Source: Vulcanimicrobiota bacterium
GTDB taxonomy: Bacteria > Vulcanimicrobiota > Vulcanimicrobiia > Eremiobacterales > Eremiobacteraceae
Reading direction: 5' to 3'
DNA: 64,000 bases
Assembly (NCBI GenBank): GCA_963805945.1
Contig: CAWDVP010000002.1
Location: 352,001 to 416,000 of the forward strand
A model generated the notes under the pieces. It ran no database searches and had not been told where the DNA came from. It saw only the letters and a program-made list of their open reading frames with translations. Shown in pieces: positions 19,862 to 29,567 of the stretch (position 1 is its first letter; each line of letters opens with the position of its first letter). The translations under genes and the position numbers were made by a program.

Positions 19862-21472
19862 TCCCAGCAGTTCCAGAAATCCGTGATGACAGGCGACATC
19901 TTGAAATGGCGCAGATCCGCGTTCGCCGCGACGACGCTCTTATCCCAATACACGACGACCGCCGGTACCTCATCGAGCATGATGGCCCAGGCGCGCTCGT
20001 AGTCGCGGCGGCGCACCGCTTGGTCGCTCTGTCGCTGTGCGTCGCGCAGCAGCGCATCGACCCGCGGGTTGCAGTAGAAGTCCGTATTGGCGCCCTGGGG
20101 CGGGAAATAATCGCAGCCCCACGATCCGATATCGTCCGGGTCGGTGCCCCTCGGTATTGACGATCCACGCCATGTCGTAGGTGCCGCCGTACAGCGGTCC
20201 GTGCTCCGCGAACAGCAGCGCGCCCGCGTAGTTCTTGACGCGCAGCTCGACGCCGATCTGCTTGAGCTGCTCGGCGATCATCGCCTCCGCCGACTCGCCG
20301 GCGCGGTTGCCGGCCGCGCTCGAGATCGACAGCGACAAACGCGTGCCGGCCTTGACGCGGATCCCGTCTGCGCCGGCTTGCCAGCCGGCGGCGTCGAGCA
20401 AGCGCCGCGCCTCCGCCGGATCGTAAGGGATCGGCGCGAGGTCGTTCGCCGCCCAGGAGAACGGCGGGATGTCGGTCGCCGCACGGACGCCGTAGCCCGC
20501 GTAGATCGTGTTGATGATGCGCTCGTAGTCGATGCCACGAGCGACGGCGCGGCGCACCGCGACGTCGGCGAGCAGCGGGTTGCGCAGGTTGAAATCGAGA
20601 TGGCGGTAGTTCGCCGTCACCTGCGTGTAGACGCGGATGCCTTGGATGTCGGGGAGATCGCGGATCAGCGGTTTGCTGATGCCGTCGACGAGGTCGATCT
20701 CGTGGGTCCGCAAGAGCTGCACGGCGGTGTTGGTGTTGGGGATGATCTTGATGTGGATGTGGTCGAGGCGCGGCCGGCCGCGCCAGTAGCGCGGGTTGGC
20801 GGCGAAGACGAGATCCGAGCCATGCTGCCACTGCTCGAGCACGAACGGTCCGTCGCCGATCGGCGCGGCATCGTACGGGATGTCGTTGAGCGTGCGCAGG
20901 CCGGTGAGCAGATGCGCGGGCAGCGGCGGGAAGTCGCCTTCGGAGAATAGGTAGACCGCAGGGCCGAAGGGCTCTTTGAGCACCACCGTGACCTGATGCG
21001 GGTTGTCGGCGAGGATCGTCTTGATCTTGTCGAAACCCGACGTGCGCACGACCGGGTTGTCGCCGCTCATGATCGCGCGCCAGGTGAAGATGACGTCGTT
21101 CGCGGTGACCGGCGCGCCGTCCGACCACAGCGCGGGCCGCAGCTTGAAGGTGATGCGCAAGCCGTCCTTGCTGATGAGGCCGTTGCGCGCCGTGGGAAAT
21201 TCGGTCGCCAGCCCCGGCACCGGGCGCTCGTGCTCGTCGAAGCGGAAGAACGGCTCGAAGAGCAAGGCGGTGACGTCGTCGGCGGAGGCCTGATTCGAGA
21301 ACATGCGCACGAGCGTGTTCGGCTCTTCGGCTTCAGCGATGCGGACGACGCCATGGATCGTCCACGGATTGCCGTGATCGCCGGTGCCGGCGCTCTGCGT
21401 GCCGGTCTTGGAACACGCGGCGACGAGCAAAGCCATCGTGATGACAAAGGCGACGGCGCCCGCTCGGAACAC
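19849..21472 (-). CDS. Peptide ABC transporter substrate-binding lipoprotein (family 5); frameshift about 20120-20150
   Basis: Lipobox LVAAC, WSDGAPVTANDV, IGDGPF, VRRAV, true C-terminus ..ITDFWNCWEWEI* ends 19849. Confidence 0.88.
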
Positions 21473-22554
21473 TACAACGCCGCTCTAGCGGCGCGCGAGC
21501 GCCACTTGGGCGTGTTCCGCGCCGCTTCGCGCACGGCCGACCATAACGCTGCGCCGCCGAAACGCACCACGTCGTCGGCCGGCAGACCGGTCTGCGCACG
21601 CGCTCCCGCGATGGCGGCCTTCGCCGCGGCATCGCCGAGGCTCGCGGTGTTGACGGCGATCGCGCAGCAGCGCGCGGGCTTGACGGGAGCGAGCAGCGCC
21701 TCGTACGCGCGGACGATCTCGGGCAGCGGCGGCAGCGGCACGTCGTACTCCTCGATCGCGGTGCGGTCGGCGTCGACGCACAGCACGAGCAGGTCAGGAG
21801 CGCAGCCGAAGAGCAGGCCCACCGTCACCGGCGCGTAGGCCGGATGATAGATGCTCCCTTGGCCTTCGACGAGCGTCACGTCGGTGTCGGGGGCGACGCC
21901 GAGCACCAGCCGCTCCGCTGCGCCGGTGATGAAATCCGAGATGACGCGGTCGACCGCGATCCCCTTCCCCGCGATGAGCACGCCCGTCTGTCCGGTCGCG
22001 ACGAATTCGGCGCGATCGCCGGCCGCAGAAGCGGCGCGCGCGAGTTCGATCATGACGGTCTTCTTGCCGACCGCGCAATCGCTGCCGACCGCGAGCACGA
22101 CTGTCTGCGGTGCGCGATACGCGGCGCCGGAGAAGAGCGGTATGTCGTCCGGCGGCACGCGCACGTCCCACAGCCGCGACCCGCTCGCGCGGGCGCGCGC
22201 GACGAACTCGGGGTCAGCGTTGAGCAGCTGGTGCAGCCCGCTCACGATCTCGAGCTTCGCGTCGATCGCGTCGAGGATCTGCGGCCGGAACGCCGGTGGG
22301 ATGAAGCCGCCTTGGTTGGCGACGCCGAGCAGCAAGGCCGTCGGGTGATAGACAAGAGCGTCGCGCAGCGAGGCGACGATCGGCGCTGCGCGGCCGAGGC
22401 GCGGCAGGACGTCGCGCAGATCGCGTCCGGCGAACTGCGAGTCGATGACGGCGGCGATATCGTCGCGTCCGTATTGCAGCACGCCGTGCGCGGTCTTGGC
22501 GCGCCGGTCGAGCAGATGCCCTTCCGTGAGGATCGCGTAGCGGCGGGGCGGCAT
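21472..22554 (-). CDS. DUF1611 family protein (DgcN-like N-acetyltransferase)
   Basis: AKTAHG, SGLH, GSDCAVGKK, ATGQTG, DRVISDF, EGQGS, HPAY. Confidence 0.85.
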   Translation of the reverse strand: MPPRRYAILTEGHLLDRRAKTAHGVLQYGRDDIAAVIDSQFAGRDLRDVLPRLGRAAPIVASLRDALVYHPTALLLGVANQGGFIPPAFRPQILDAIDAKLEIVSGLHQLLNADPEFVARARASGSRLWDVRVPPDDIPLFSGAAYRAPQTVVLAVGSDCAVGKKTVMIELARAASAAGDRAEFVATGQTGVLIAGKGIAVDRVISDFITGAAERLVLGVAPDTDVTLVEGQGSIYHPAYAPVTVGLLFGCAPDLLVLCVDADRTAIEEYDVPLPPLPEIVRAYEALLAPVKPARCCAIAVNTASLGDAAAKAAIAGARAQTGLPADDVVRFGGAALWSAVREAARNTPKWRSRAARAAL

Positions 22555-22563
22555 GAAAAGTGT

Positions 22564-23586
22564 TTACGCCGCGGTTCGCGCGCGGACCCCCAGGCCGGGC
22601 CGGTCGGGCAGGCGCAACGATGCGCCGTCATAGGTCACACCTTCGAACGGATCGTCCACGACGAGCAGCGGGCCGTCGATGTCGGCGTAGTCGGCGAGCG
22701 GCGTGAGATGGGCCGCCGCCGTCGCGAGCACCGATGACTCGACCATGCACCCGAGCATCACCTTGAGCGTGGCGGCGCGCGCCGCGCGGATCATGCGTGC
22801 GGCTTCACGCATGCCGCCGCACTTGACGAGTTTGACGTTGATGCCGCTCACGCAGCCGGCGAGACGCGGCACGTCGTCGGCGGTCACCGAGTCCTCGTCG
22901 GTGAAGATCGGGATCGGCGAACGCTCGTGCACGTAGCGCAGCCGCTCGGGATGGCCGGCCGGCACCGGCTGCTCGCAGAACTCGATGTCGTAGCGCTGCG
23001 CCTGGCGCAGCAGCCCGACCGCTTGCTCCGGCGACCAGCCTTCGTTCGCATCGACGCGGATGACGCCGGTATAGAAGGAGCGGATCGCGTCGAGCGTCTC
23101 GAGCTCGCTGCCTGCGCCGAGCTTGACCTTGAGGATGGGCATGTGCGCGGCTTCGCGCACCTTGGCGAGGGTCGTCTCGAGATCGGCGATGCCGATGGTG
23201 AACGAGGTCGGCTTCGTCTGCGCCGGATCCAGGCCGAAGAGGGCGTACGCCGGGACGCCCATCACGAGACCGGCGTGGTCGTGCAACGCGAGATCGAGCG
23301 CGCACATGGCGCCGCGTTGCGACGGCGGCACGCGTGCCAGCGTCGCCTCCAGGTCGAGCAGATTCGCGTCTGCGAGGGAGATGCCGCGCAGCTGCTGCGC
23401 GATGAGGTCGACGCTTTCGCCGTAGCGGCTCGAGGGCGTCACCTCGCCGAGCGCCTCGACACCGCCGGCGTGCAGCCGCACGATCAGGCTCTCGGAGACG
23501 TCCTCAAATCCGCGCGCGATGGCGAAGCGATGCCGCAACCGCAGCGCGATAGGCTCGAGCACCAGGCTTGGCACGGCTGGATCCAT
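22564..23586 (-). CDS. Dipeptide epimerase / DgcA-like enolase-superfamily racemase
   Basis: KVKLG, VDANEGW, EQP, DED, NVKLVKCGG, GCMVES, DIDGP. Confidence 0.9.
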   Translation of the reverse strand: MDPAVPSLVLEPIALRLRHRFAIARGFEDVSESLIVRLHAGGVEALGEVTPSSRYGESVDLIAQQLRGISLADANLLDLEATLARVPPSQRGAMCALDLALHDHAGLVMGVPAYALFGLDPAQTKPTSFTIGIADLETTLAKVREAAHMPILKVKLGAGSELETLDAIRSFYTGVIRVDANEGWSPEQAVGLLRQAQRYDIEFCEQPVPAGHPERLRYVHERSPIPIFTDEDSVTADDVPRLAGCVSGINVKLVKCGGMREAARMIRAARAATLKVMLGCMVESSVLATAAAHLTPLADYADIDGPLLVVDDPFEGVTYDGASLRLPDRPGLGVRARTAA

Positions 23587-23641
23587 TCGACCGCGCTAGT
23601 TGACGTTCAGCCGCTCCGGGGCCTGCGCTGCGCGAGATGCT

Positions 23642-24313
23642 TCAGGCGACCAGCGTGGTCTGAATCTCGCCCAACGGCGGATAACGCCGCGACAAGTCCG
23701 ACGGATCGTCGAAGATCGCGCTTGCGCCGCGCAATGCGCTATCCGGCCAGCCGCCGCAGCGCAACGCGATGCAGGGCACCCGCGCGCGCAGCGCAGCCTC
23801 GATGTCGTAGGGCGTGTCGCCGACCATGACCGCCTCACCGTGTTGGACGCCCAGCCGATCGAGCGCGGCTTGCACGATATCCGGATATGATGTGCCGTTC
23901 GCCGAGTCCGAACCCGTCGCTGTCGCATCGAAGCAGCCCTCGAGGCCGCCGGCCCTGAACAACGCCTCCACTTCGTCGTGCTCCGCGGATGAGGCGAGCG
24001 CCAGCTTCAGCCCTCTCGCGCGTGTGAGTGTGATGAGTTCCTTAGCGCCTGGGGTCGGCCGGACGTCGGCGAGGTACTTCGAGAGCAAGGCATCTTTGCG
24101 GGCTCGCTTCACGGCGTCACCCTTGGCGGACGACAGGCCCGGAGCGAGGCGGGCGATGATCTTGTCAGCGCTCATGCCGATGAGCGAACGTATCTGCTCG
24201 AAGGGCACTCGTATGCCGGAATCACCGAACGCTCTGGCCCAAGCGCGCGCCTGCGCGGCGTTGCTGGACACGAGCGTGCCGTCGAGATCGAAGAGAATAG
24301 CGCTGAGCTGCAT
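23642..24313 (-). CDS. HAD family hydrolase
   Basis: FDLDGTLVSSN, VGDTPYD. Confidence 0.85.
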   Translation of the reverse strand: MQLSAILFDLDGTLVSSNAAQARAWARAFGDSGIRVPFEQIRSLIGMSADKIIARLAPGLSSAKGDAVKRARKDALLSKYLADVRPTPGAKELITLTRARGLKLALASSAEHDEVEALFRAGGLEGCFDATATGSDSANGTSYPDIVQAALDRLGVQHGEAVMVGDTPYDIEAALRARVPCIALRCGGWPDSALRGASAIFDDPSDLSRRYPPLGEIQTTLVA

Positions 24314-24349
24314 GCTGCCGTTGCCTTTTTTCCTTTAGAGAGGTGAGCA

Positions 24350-24410
24350 CAGACACCCGAAGCTGAGCTCGGGTGTCTGATCCCGCCCGCGCTCGCAAGC
24401 GCGGGACTAC
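24350..24410. repeat. Two adjacent intergenic hairpins, second is GTAG-REP-like
   Basis: CAGACACCCGA-N8-TCGGGTGTCTG (24350-24379); minus strand GTAG-TCCCGCGCT-TGCG-AGCGCGGG ending at 24410. Confidence 0.55.
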
Positions 24411-24423
24411 GCGCGCGTGGAGA

Positions 24424-24687
24424 TCAGGTCGTGACGCGTCGACCCGTGAGCGCTCGGACGATGAGCAGCAAGACCACGCTGCCGACGAACGCCACCAGAA
24501 TGCTCCAGATGTTGAGTCCCGTCGCGCCCGAGTGGCCGAAGTAGTTGAAGAGCCAGCCGCCGACGATAGCGCCGATGACGCCGACGATCAGGTCGCCGAG
24601 CACGCCGCCAGGGCCTTCGCCCGGGACGACGTTCTTGGCGAGGAAACCGGCGACGATGCCGACGATGATCCAGGCAAGAATATCCAT
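24424..24687 (-). CDS. GlsB/YeaQ/YmgE family stress-response membrane protein
   Basis: WIIVGIVAGFLAK, GVIGAIVGG, AFVGSVVLL; AAGGAG RBS. Confidence 0.92.
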   Translation of the reverse strand: MDILAWIIVGIVAGFLAKNVVPGEGPGGVLGDLIVGVIGAIVGGWLFNYFGHSGATGLNIWSILVAFVGSVVLLLIVRALTGRRVTT

Positions 24688-24737
24688 GAGTGAACTCCTT
24701 CAGCGATCTATGATGATGAGACTTGATCACTCACAGT

Positions 24738-24763
24738 ATTCCCGCTTCCATCGCTCGCTAAAC
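24738..24763 (-). promoter_or_regulatory. sigmaB-type promoter
   Basis: Minus strand GTTTAG-N14-GGGAAT, about 50 nt upstream of the GlsB/YeaQ start. Confidence 0.75.
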
Positions 24764-24811
24764 ACGCGATGAGAGGGACGAGCGTTTTCGCTGTGGCGGC
24801 TTATGCGGCGG

Positions 24812-25234
24812 TCAGGAAGAAGATGGACTGGTGCGTGGCATCGCGAGCGAGATGATCCACAGCGGACCGATCAGCAGATGCACCAGGTTGTGCAAGAACG
24901 CCGGACTCTTGCCTTCGTAGCGGTGGCCGACGAACTGGAAGATCCAGCCGACGACGAAGGCGCCGACCGCGACCGGCCACGGCGTGTAGCGGCCGGCGGC
25001 GTAGAAGATGGCGAACGCGACGAGCGCGACGAGGCTGAGCTTGAGGTCGAGGCGCGCGTAGAACGCGAGCACGAGCACGCCGACCATCATCGCGAGGTCG
25101 ATCGGCCCGATCCTCACCAGCTCGAGCAAGGAGAAGATCGACCACAGGATGAGCGGTATGCCGATCTCGTGACAGATGAGGTTGCGCCGGTCGGTGTGCA
25201 CCAGCGCGTAATCGGCGAAATATCTGTCGACCAT
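24812..25234 (-). CDS. DUF962/Mpo1-like membrane protein
   Basis: H..N..CHEIGIP, GWIFQFVGHRYEGKSPAF, LLIGP. Confidence 0.85.
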   Translation of the reverse strand: MVDRYFADYALVHTDRRNLICHEIGIPLILWSIFSLLELVRIGPIDLAMMVGVLVLAFYARLDLKLSLVALVAFAIFYAAGRYTPWPVAVGAFVVGWIFQFVGHRYEGKSPAFLHNLVHLLIGPLWIISLAMPRTSPSSS

Positions 25235-25309
25235 GTCTGCGACGCTCCTGGCTGCGGACCTTCGCATGATGCGGGAGCCTTCCTTGGAACGGCCGAAAGA
25301 AAAGCGGCT

Positions 25310-27097
25310 ATGCGTTATTTCATGTTCACAGTCGCCTGCGCTTTTGTCATGCTCGCGGCGCCGGCCACCGTCCGGGCGCAAGACTCGGCGCACGACCGTC
25401 TGACGAAGCTCGCGCAGGACATGACCTACACGACCGCCCGTTTGTATCCGATGGAAGCCACGGATCTCGGCATCCCGGGTCACGACGCCGATCTCGAGAC
25501 GCCGAGCGAAGCGGAGCGCGCCGCATACACCGCGCTGCTGCGGCAGTGGCAGGCGCAGCTGCGCGCGATCGCACCGCCGGGCGATGCGACGCTGTCGCTC
25601 GTCGATCGCGACGACGCCGCGCTGCTCGGGGCGACGCTCAACGGCCAGCTGAACCAGCAACTCATCTATCAGACCGACCGCAAGGACTACACCGCCGCGG
25701 GCAACGCCATCGCCAACGCGATCTTCGTGCAGTTCCTGCACCTGCCGATCGCCGGCCAGAACGGCGCCACGCGGGCGGACGTCGACAAGGCGTGGAGCGA
25801 CATCACCGTGCGGCTGTCGAAAGCGCCTGACTACATCGTCGCGGCGCAACGCCTCGTCACCATGCCCGGCCACCTCTTCAACACGGTCGGCAGCGACGAG
25901 CTCGCCGGCGTGCCCGACTTCTTCAACGGCGCGCTCACTGACGCGGCGAAGAGCCAGCTCGATCCCACCGCGTTCGCCCGGTTCGCGAAAGCGCGCGACG
26001 CCGCGCTCGCCACGATCGCGCAAAGCAAGGCCTACGTCGACGCGCACGTCGCGTCGTGGCCCGAGAACTTCTCCATCGGGCGTGCCGCGTACGACCGCAT
26101 GCTGCGCGATGAGCAGCTGCTGCCGTACGATGCGACCGACGTGATCCGGATGGGCGATGACGAGCTCGCCCATGGCTGGGCGGAGGAAGCCTGGCTCACC
26201 TCGGTGTCCAAACAGACCGGTCAGCTGTTCGGGCCGCAAAGCGGCGGCGGCATGGCGCCGTCAGGCCCGCCGCTCATCGCCTACTATCGCGATTGCATCG
26301 CGCAGCTGCGCACGTTCGTCATCGAACACGACATCGTCACGGTGCCCGACTGGCTCGGCACGATCGACGTCGTAGAGACGCCGCCGTTCTTGCAGCCTGT
26401 CTCGCCGGGTGCGTCCATGAATTCGCCGCGTCTGTTCTCGGCCTCGACCACCGGCTTCTATTTCATCACGCCGCCCAGGTCGCTCGCGGCGGCGGCGGCG
26501 CGGCTGGACATGAACCAGGACTTCGACCGCGACCGCATCTTATCGACCGCCGCGCACGAAGCGATGCCCGGCCACTTCCTGCAGTTGTCGATCGCGAAGC
26601 GCAATCCTGATTTCGTCCGTAAGATCCAGGAGAGCGGCGTGTTCTCCGAGGGTTGGGCGTACTACGGCGAGGAGATGCTCGTGCGGCTCGGGCTGTACGG
26701 CGATCACCTCGACGGCCGCCTCGACGTCGCGCGCTGGGAGCGCGTGCGCGGCGCGCGCGCCATCGTCGATTCGAAGCTCGCGACCGGCGAATGGACGTAT
26801 CGCCAGGCCGCGGACTTCTTCGCCAAGCAGACCGATTTCACCAAAGATGCTGCCGACGCGGCGGTCGCGGGCATCGCGACCAGCCCTGGATACGTCATCG
26901 CCTACACCGTCGGGCGCGTGCAGCTCGACGATCTGCTCGGCGAGTACATGTTGCGCATGGGCGCGCGCGCGTCGCTCCACGACTTCCACGACCGCCTGCT
27001 CTCGTACGGTTCGGTGCCGTTCGCGATCGTCGGGCCTGAACTGCTCGCCGATCTCGGCAAACCGGTGAGCGAAGTGCGCGCCGCCGCGGACTACTGA
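25310..27097 (+). CDS. DUF885 family secreted protein (putative metallopeptidase)
   Basis: Signal peptide; HEAMPGHFLQ, EGWAYYGE, PGYVIAYTVG, FHDRLL. Confidence 0.88.
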   Translation: MRYFMFTVACAFVMLAAPATVRAQDSAHDRLTKLAQDMTYTTARLYPMEATDLGIPGHDADLETPSEAERAAYTALLRQWQAQLRAIAPPGDATLSLVDRDDAALLGATLNGQLNQQLIYQTDRKDYTAAGNAIANAIFVQFLHLPIAGQNGATRADVDKAWSDITVRLSKAPDYIVAAQRLVTMPGHLFNTVGSDELAGVPDFFNGALTDAAKSQLDPTAFARFAKARDAALATIAQSKAYVDAHVASWPENFSIGRAAYDRMLRDEQLLPYDATDVIRMGDDELAHGWAEEAWLTSVSKQTGQLFGPQSGGGMAPSGPPLIAYYRDCIAQLRTFVIEHDIVTVPDWLGTIDVVETPPFLQPVSPGASMNSPRLFSASTTGFYFITPPRSLAAAAARLDMNQDFDRDRILSTAAHEAMPGHFLQLSIAKRNPDFVRKIQESGVFSEGWAYYGEEMLVRLGLYGDHLDGRLDVARWERVRGARAIVDSKLATGEWTYRQAADFFAKQTDFTKDAADAAVAGIATSPGYVIAYTVGRVQLDDLLGEYMLRMGARASLHDFHDRLLSYGSVPFAIVGPELLADLGKPVSEVRAAADY

Positions 27098-27131
27098 TCC
27101 ACAGGAACGAACGTCCGGCGAAAGTCAAGAC

Positions 27132-27160
27132 TTGCAATCGGCGTGCGCAGGTGCTACCGT
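27132..27160 (+). promoter_or_regulatory. sigma70-type promoter of 6S RNA
   Basis: TTGCAA-N17-TACCGT with TG extended -10. Confidence 0.7.
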
Positions 27161-27186
27161 AGGGCCACGCGCGAGCGATCGCGTGA

Positions 27187-27368
27187 AGATCTCCCTGCAG
27201 TGTGCGCCAGTCCGCTAGTGATTGAACCAACACAATCACAACGGGAGCCGATCTCCGAGCCGCTTTGAGCAAGCCCTCCACGAGAGGGAAGCCTGTGTCC
27301 GGCCGGTTGGGCACCCACCTGCGAAGGCAGGTTCAAATCCCCTGCGGGCAACGGCACTTCGGGGCAGT
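27187..27368 (+). ncRNA. ssrS: 6S RNA (ends approximate)
   Basis: CCCTG..GTGTG / CGGCAC..CGGGG closing stem, TTGAACC pairing with GGTTCAA, A/C-rich bubble, GGGAGC and CACCCACCTG motifs; own promoter and terminator. Confidence 0.82.
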
Positions 27369-27370
27369 AC

Positions 27371-27406
27371 AAAAAACGGCTCGCCGCACGCGGGCCGTTT
27401 TGCTTT
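27371..27406. terminator. Bidirectional intrinsic terminator
   Basis: AAAAAACGGCTCGC-loop-GCGGGCCGTTTTGCTTT between convergent ssrS and DUF302 gene. Confidence 0.75.
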
Positions 27407-27421
27407 CGCCGAGCCGGCGCT

Positions 27422-27829
27422 TCACGTGAGCGCCCTTTCGACCAACGCCCCGATGCCGGAGACGTTCTGCATGAGCCCTTCGGGCACGGCGTAGCGCTGC
27501 TGGAGGATCTGCGGGTCTTCGTACGCCACCCACACCCGCTTGTCCGCATCTTCCCACGCGAGCACGCGCAGCGGCAGCTCGATGGCGATCGCCGGCACGG
27601 CTTGCATGACCGGCGTGCCCGCGCGCGCATTGCCGAAGATGAGCACTTGCGTCGGCCGCATCTCAAGCCCGCTCTTGGCCGCCTCCGCGGCGTGGTCGAT
27701 GAGCGCGAAGAACTGGAAGCCTTTCGACCTGACGATCTCCTGCAGTCGGCCGATCGCCTGACCCACCGAGTATTTGCTCGGCACGACGATCAGCCCGTGT
27801 TCGGTGCGCGCGTCCGTGGTCATCGCCAT
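27422..27829 (-). CDS. DUF302 domain protein
   Basis: IDHAAEA, LIFGNARAGTPVMQ, IELPLRVL; GAGAGG RBS. Confidence 0.9.
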   Translation of the reverse strand: MAMTTDARTEHGLIVVPSKYSVGQAIGRLQEIVRSKGFQFFALIDHAAEAAKSGLEMRPTQVLIFGNARAGTPVMQAVPAIAIELPLRVLAWEDADKRVWVAYEDPQILQQRYAVPEGLMQNVSGIGALVERALT

Positions 27830-27844
27830 ACCTCTCTTATCGTC

Positions 27845-28532
27845 CTAAAGAACTCCGAGCCAGCGCGCCAAACCGGCGTCGTCGAGCGACCCGGACTCGT
27901 CTTCGAGCGAGATGAAGCCGCGGAAGCGCTGCATCGCCGCGCCGTCGCTGCCGTCCGGCGACGCCACCATGATGACGGCGTCGCGCGCCAGCTGCTCCCA
28001 CGGCACCGTCGCCGGCGCCGCAAGCCGCAGCCACGCCGAATCGCATTCCTTGAAGGCGCGCTTGACGTCGGCGGTGCCGTCGATCATCGAGCCGGGGCGC
28101 GGCTGCACCGCGAGCGTCACGTTCGCCTGTTTGGCATGCTCGCTCGACGCCTTCAGGCCGCGGATCAGCTCGCGCCACGCGATGCCGGGCGAGCCCGACG
28201 CGGGCGCGCAGGAGAAGCGCAGCAGCGGCGCGCCGATCGTCTGCGGCGAGATCGATCGCGGCGTTGAGCGCCTCCACGTCGGGCTCGATGTCCGCCGCGC
28301 CGAACGAGAGGCCGATCGTGGCGGCCGCCACGGTGAGACCGCGGTCGGCGCACAGCTTCTTGATCTGGGCCAGATACTCGGCGTCGCGCCGGGGAAAATG
28401 CTCGACCGAGCAATCGACGCCGCCGAGCGCCGGCTGCGCGCAGCACAGGTCGATCCACTCGAGCTGCGTCAGCCGTCCGTCGGCGAGCGCGCGCGCGAAA
28501 CTCCGCGAAGAACAGCACCATCTCATCGCCAC
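27845..28532 (-). CDS. Sugar phosphate isomerase/epimerase (TIM barrel) family; frameshift about 28240
   Basis: CCSSRSF..LEWIDLC, HFPRRDAEYL, continuing in frame of 27845-28120 (NVTLAVQP). Confidence 0.6.
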
Positions 28533-28609
28533 GGCGGTTCTTCGCGGCGCGTCCTCGCCCTTTCAGTCCTCGGGAGTAGCCGGCGCCGGCGCGCGCGAAG
28601 CCACCCCGC

Positions 28610-29086
28610 ATGGACGAGGCGCCGCTGCTGCTGTTCGTATGCTCCGGCAACATCTGCCGCAGCCCGATGGCCGAGGCGATCGCGGCTGACGCCGCCCGGC
28701 GCGCCGGCGTGCGCGTCCGCGTGCAGAGCACGGGCACGGCGGCAGACGTCGGTTACCCGGCCGAAGCGACCGCCCTCGAAGCGCTCGCAGAAGTTGGCCT
28801 CGCGCTGCCGGGCCACGTCGCGAAGCAGACCGAACATCGGCACGTGCGCGAAGCCGCGCTCGTCGTCGGCGCGACGCGCTCGCATCGCGCCATCCTGCGC
28901 CGGATGCATCCCGAACGCGCGGCGGCGATCGTGAGCTTCGATGAGCTCACCGGCCTGGGCGATATCCCCGACCCCTACGGCGGCACGCTCGCGGACTATC
29001 GAGCGGTGCGCGACATGCTCGTCGCGGGGATGCCGCACGTGCTCGCCGCGCTCAAGGCCACCGCGGCGGCGAAGGCGAAACCGTAG
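28610..29086 (+). CDS. Low-molecular-weight protein phosphatase
   Basis: FVCSGNICRSPMAE and DIPDPYGG. Confidence 0.92.
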   Translation: MDEAPLLLFVCSGNICRSPMAEAIAADAARRAGVRVRVQSTGTAADVGYPAEATALEALAEVGLALPGHVAKQTEHRHVREAALVVGATRSHRAILRRMHPERAAAIVSFDELTGLGDIPDPYGGTLADYRAVRDMLVAGMPHVLAALKATAAAKAKP

Positions 29087-29095
29087 CCCGTCTGC

Positions 29096-29566
29096 ATGAA
29101 TAAGAAGATATTTCGCGTCGCCGTCGGCGCCGACCACGCCGGTTTCGCCTACAAGCAGCAGCTCGCCGAACTGCTGCGCCAGATGGGGCACGAGGTCGTG
29201 GACTTCGGCACGTACTCGACCGACCCGGTGGACTACCCGCTCATCGCGTTCAAGGTCGGCGAGGCGGTCGGCGGCGGCGAGTTCGAGCGCGGCGTGCTGT
29301 GTTGCGGCTCGAGCATCGGCATCGCCATCGCCGCCAACAAAGTGCGCGGCGTGCGTGCGGCGCCGGTCGCGGAGCCTTATTCAGCTCGCCTGTCACGCCA
29401 GCATAACGACGCCAACATCATCTGCTTCGCGGAACGGCTCACCGGCTGGGAGATGGTCGTCGAGTGTCTCAACGTCTGGCTCGAGACCGAGGCCGAAGGC
29501 GGTCGCCACGCGCGCCGGGTCGCAGAGCTCAACGATTACGATCCCGACGCCGAGGACAAGGGCTGA
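29096..29566 (+). CDS. rpiB: Ribose-5-phosphate isomerase B
   Basis: [33 protein letters not shown]. Confidence 0.95.
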   Translation: MNKKIFRVAVGADHAGFAYKQQLAELLRQMGHEVVDFGTYSTDPVDYPLIAFKVGEAVGGGEFERGVLCCGSSIGIAIAANKVRGVRAAPVAEPYSARLSRQHNDANIICFAERLTGWEMVVECLNVWLETEAEGGRHARRVAELNDYDPDAEDKG

Positions 29567-29567
29567 T

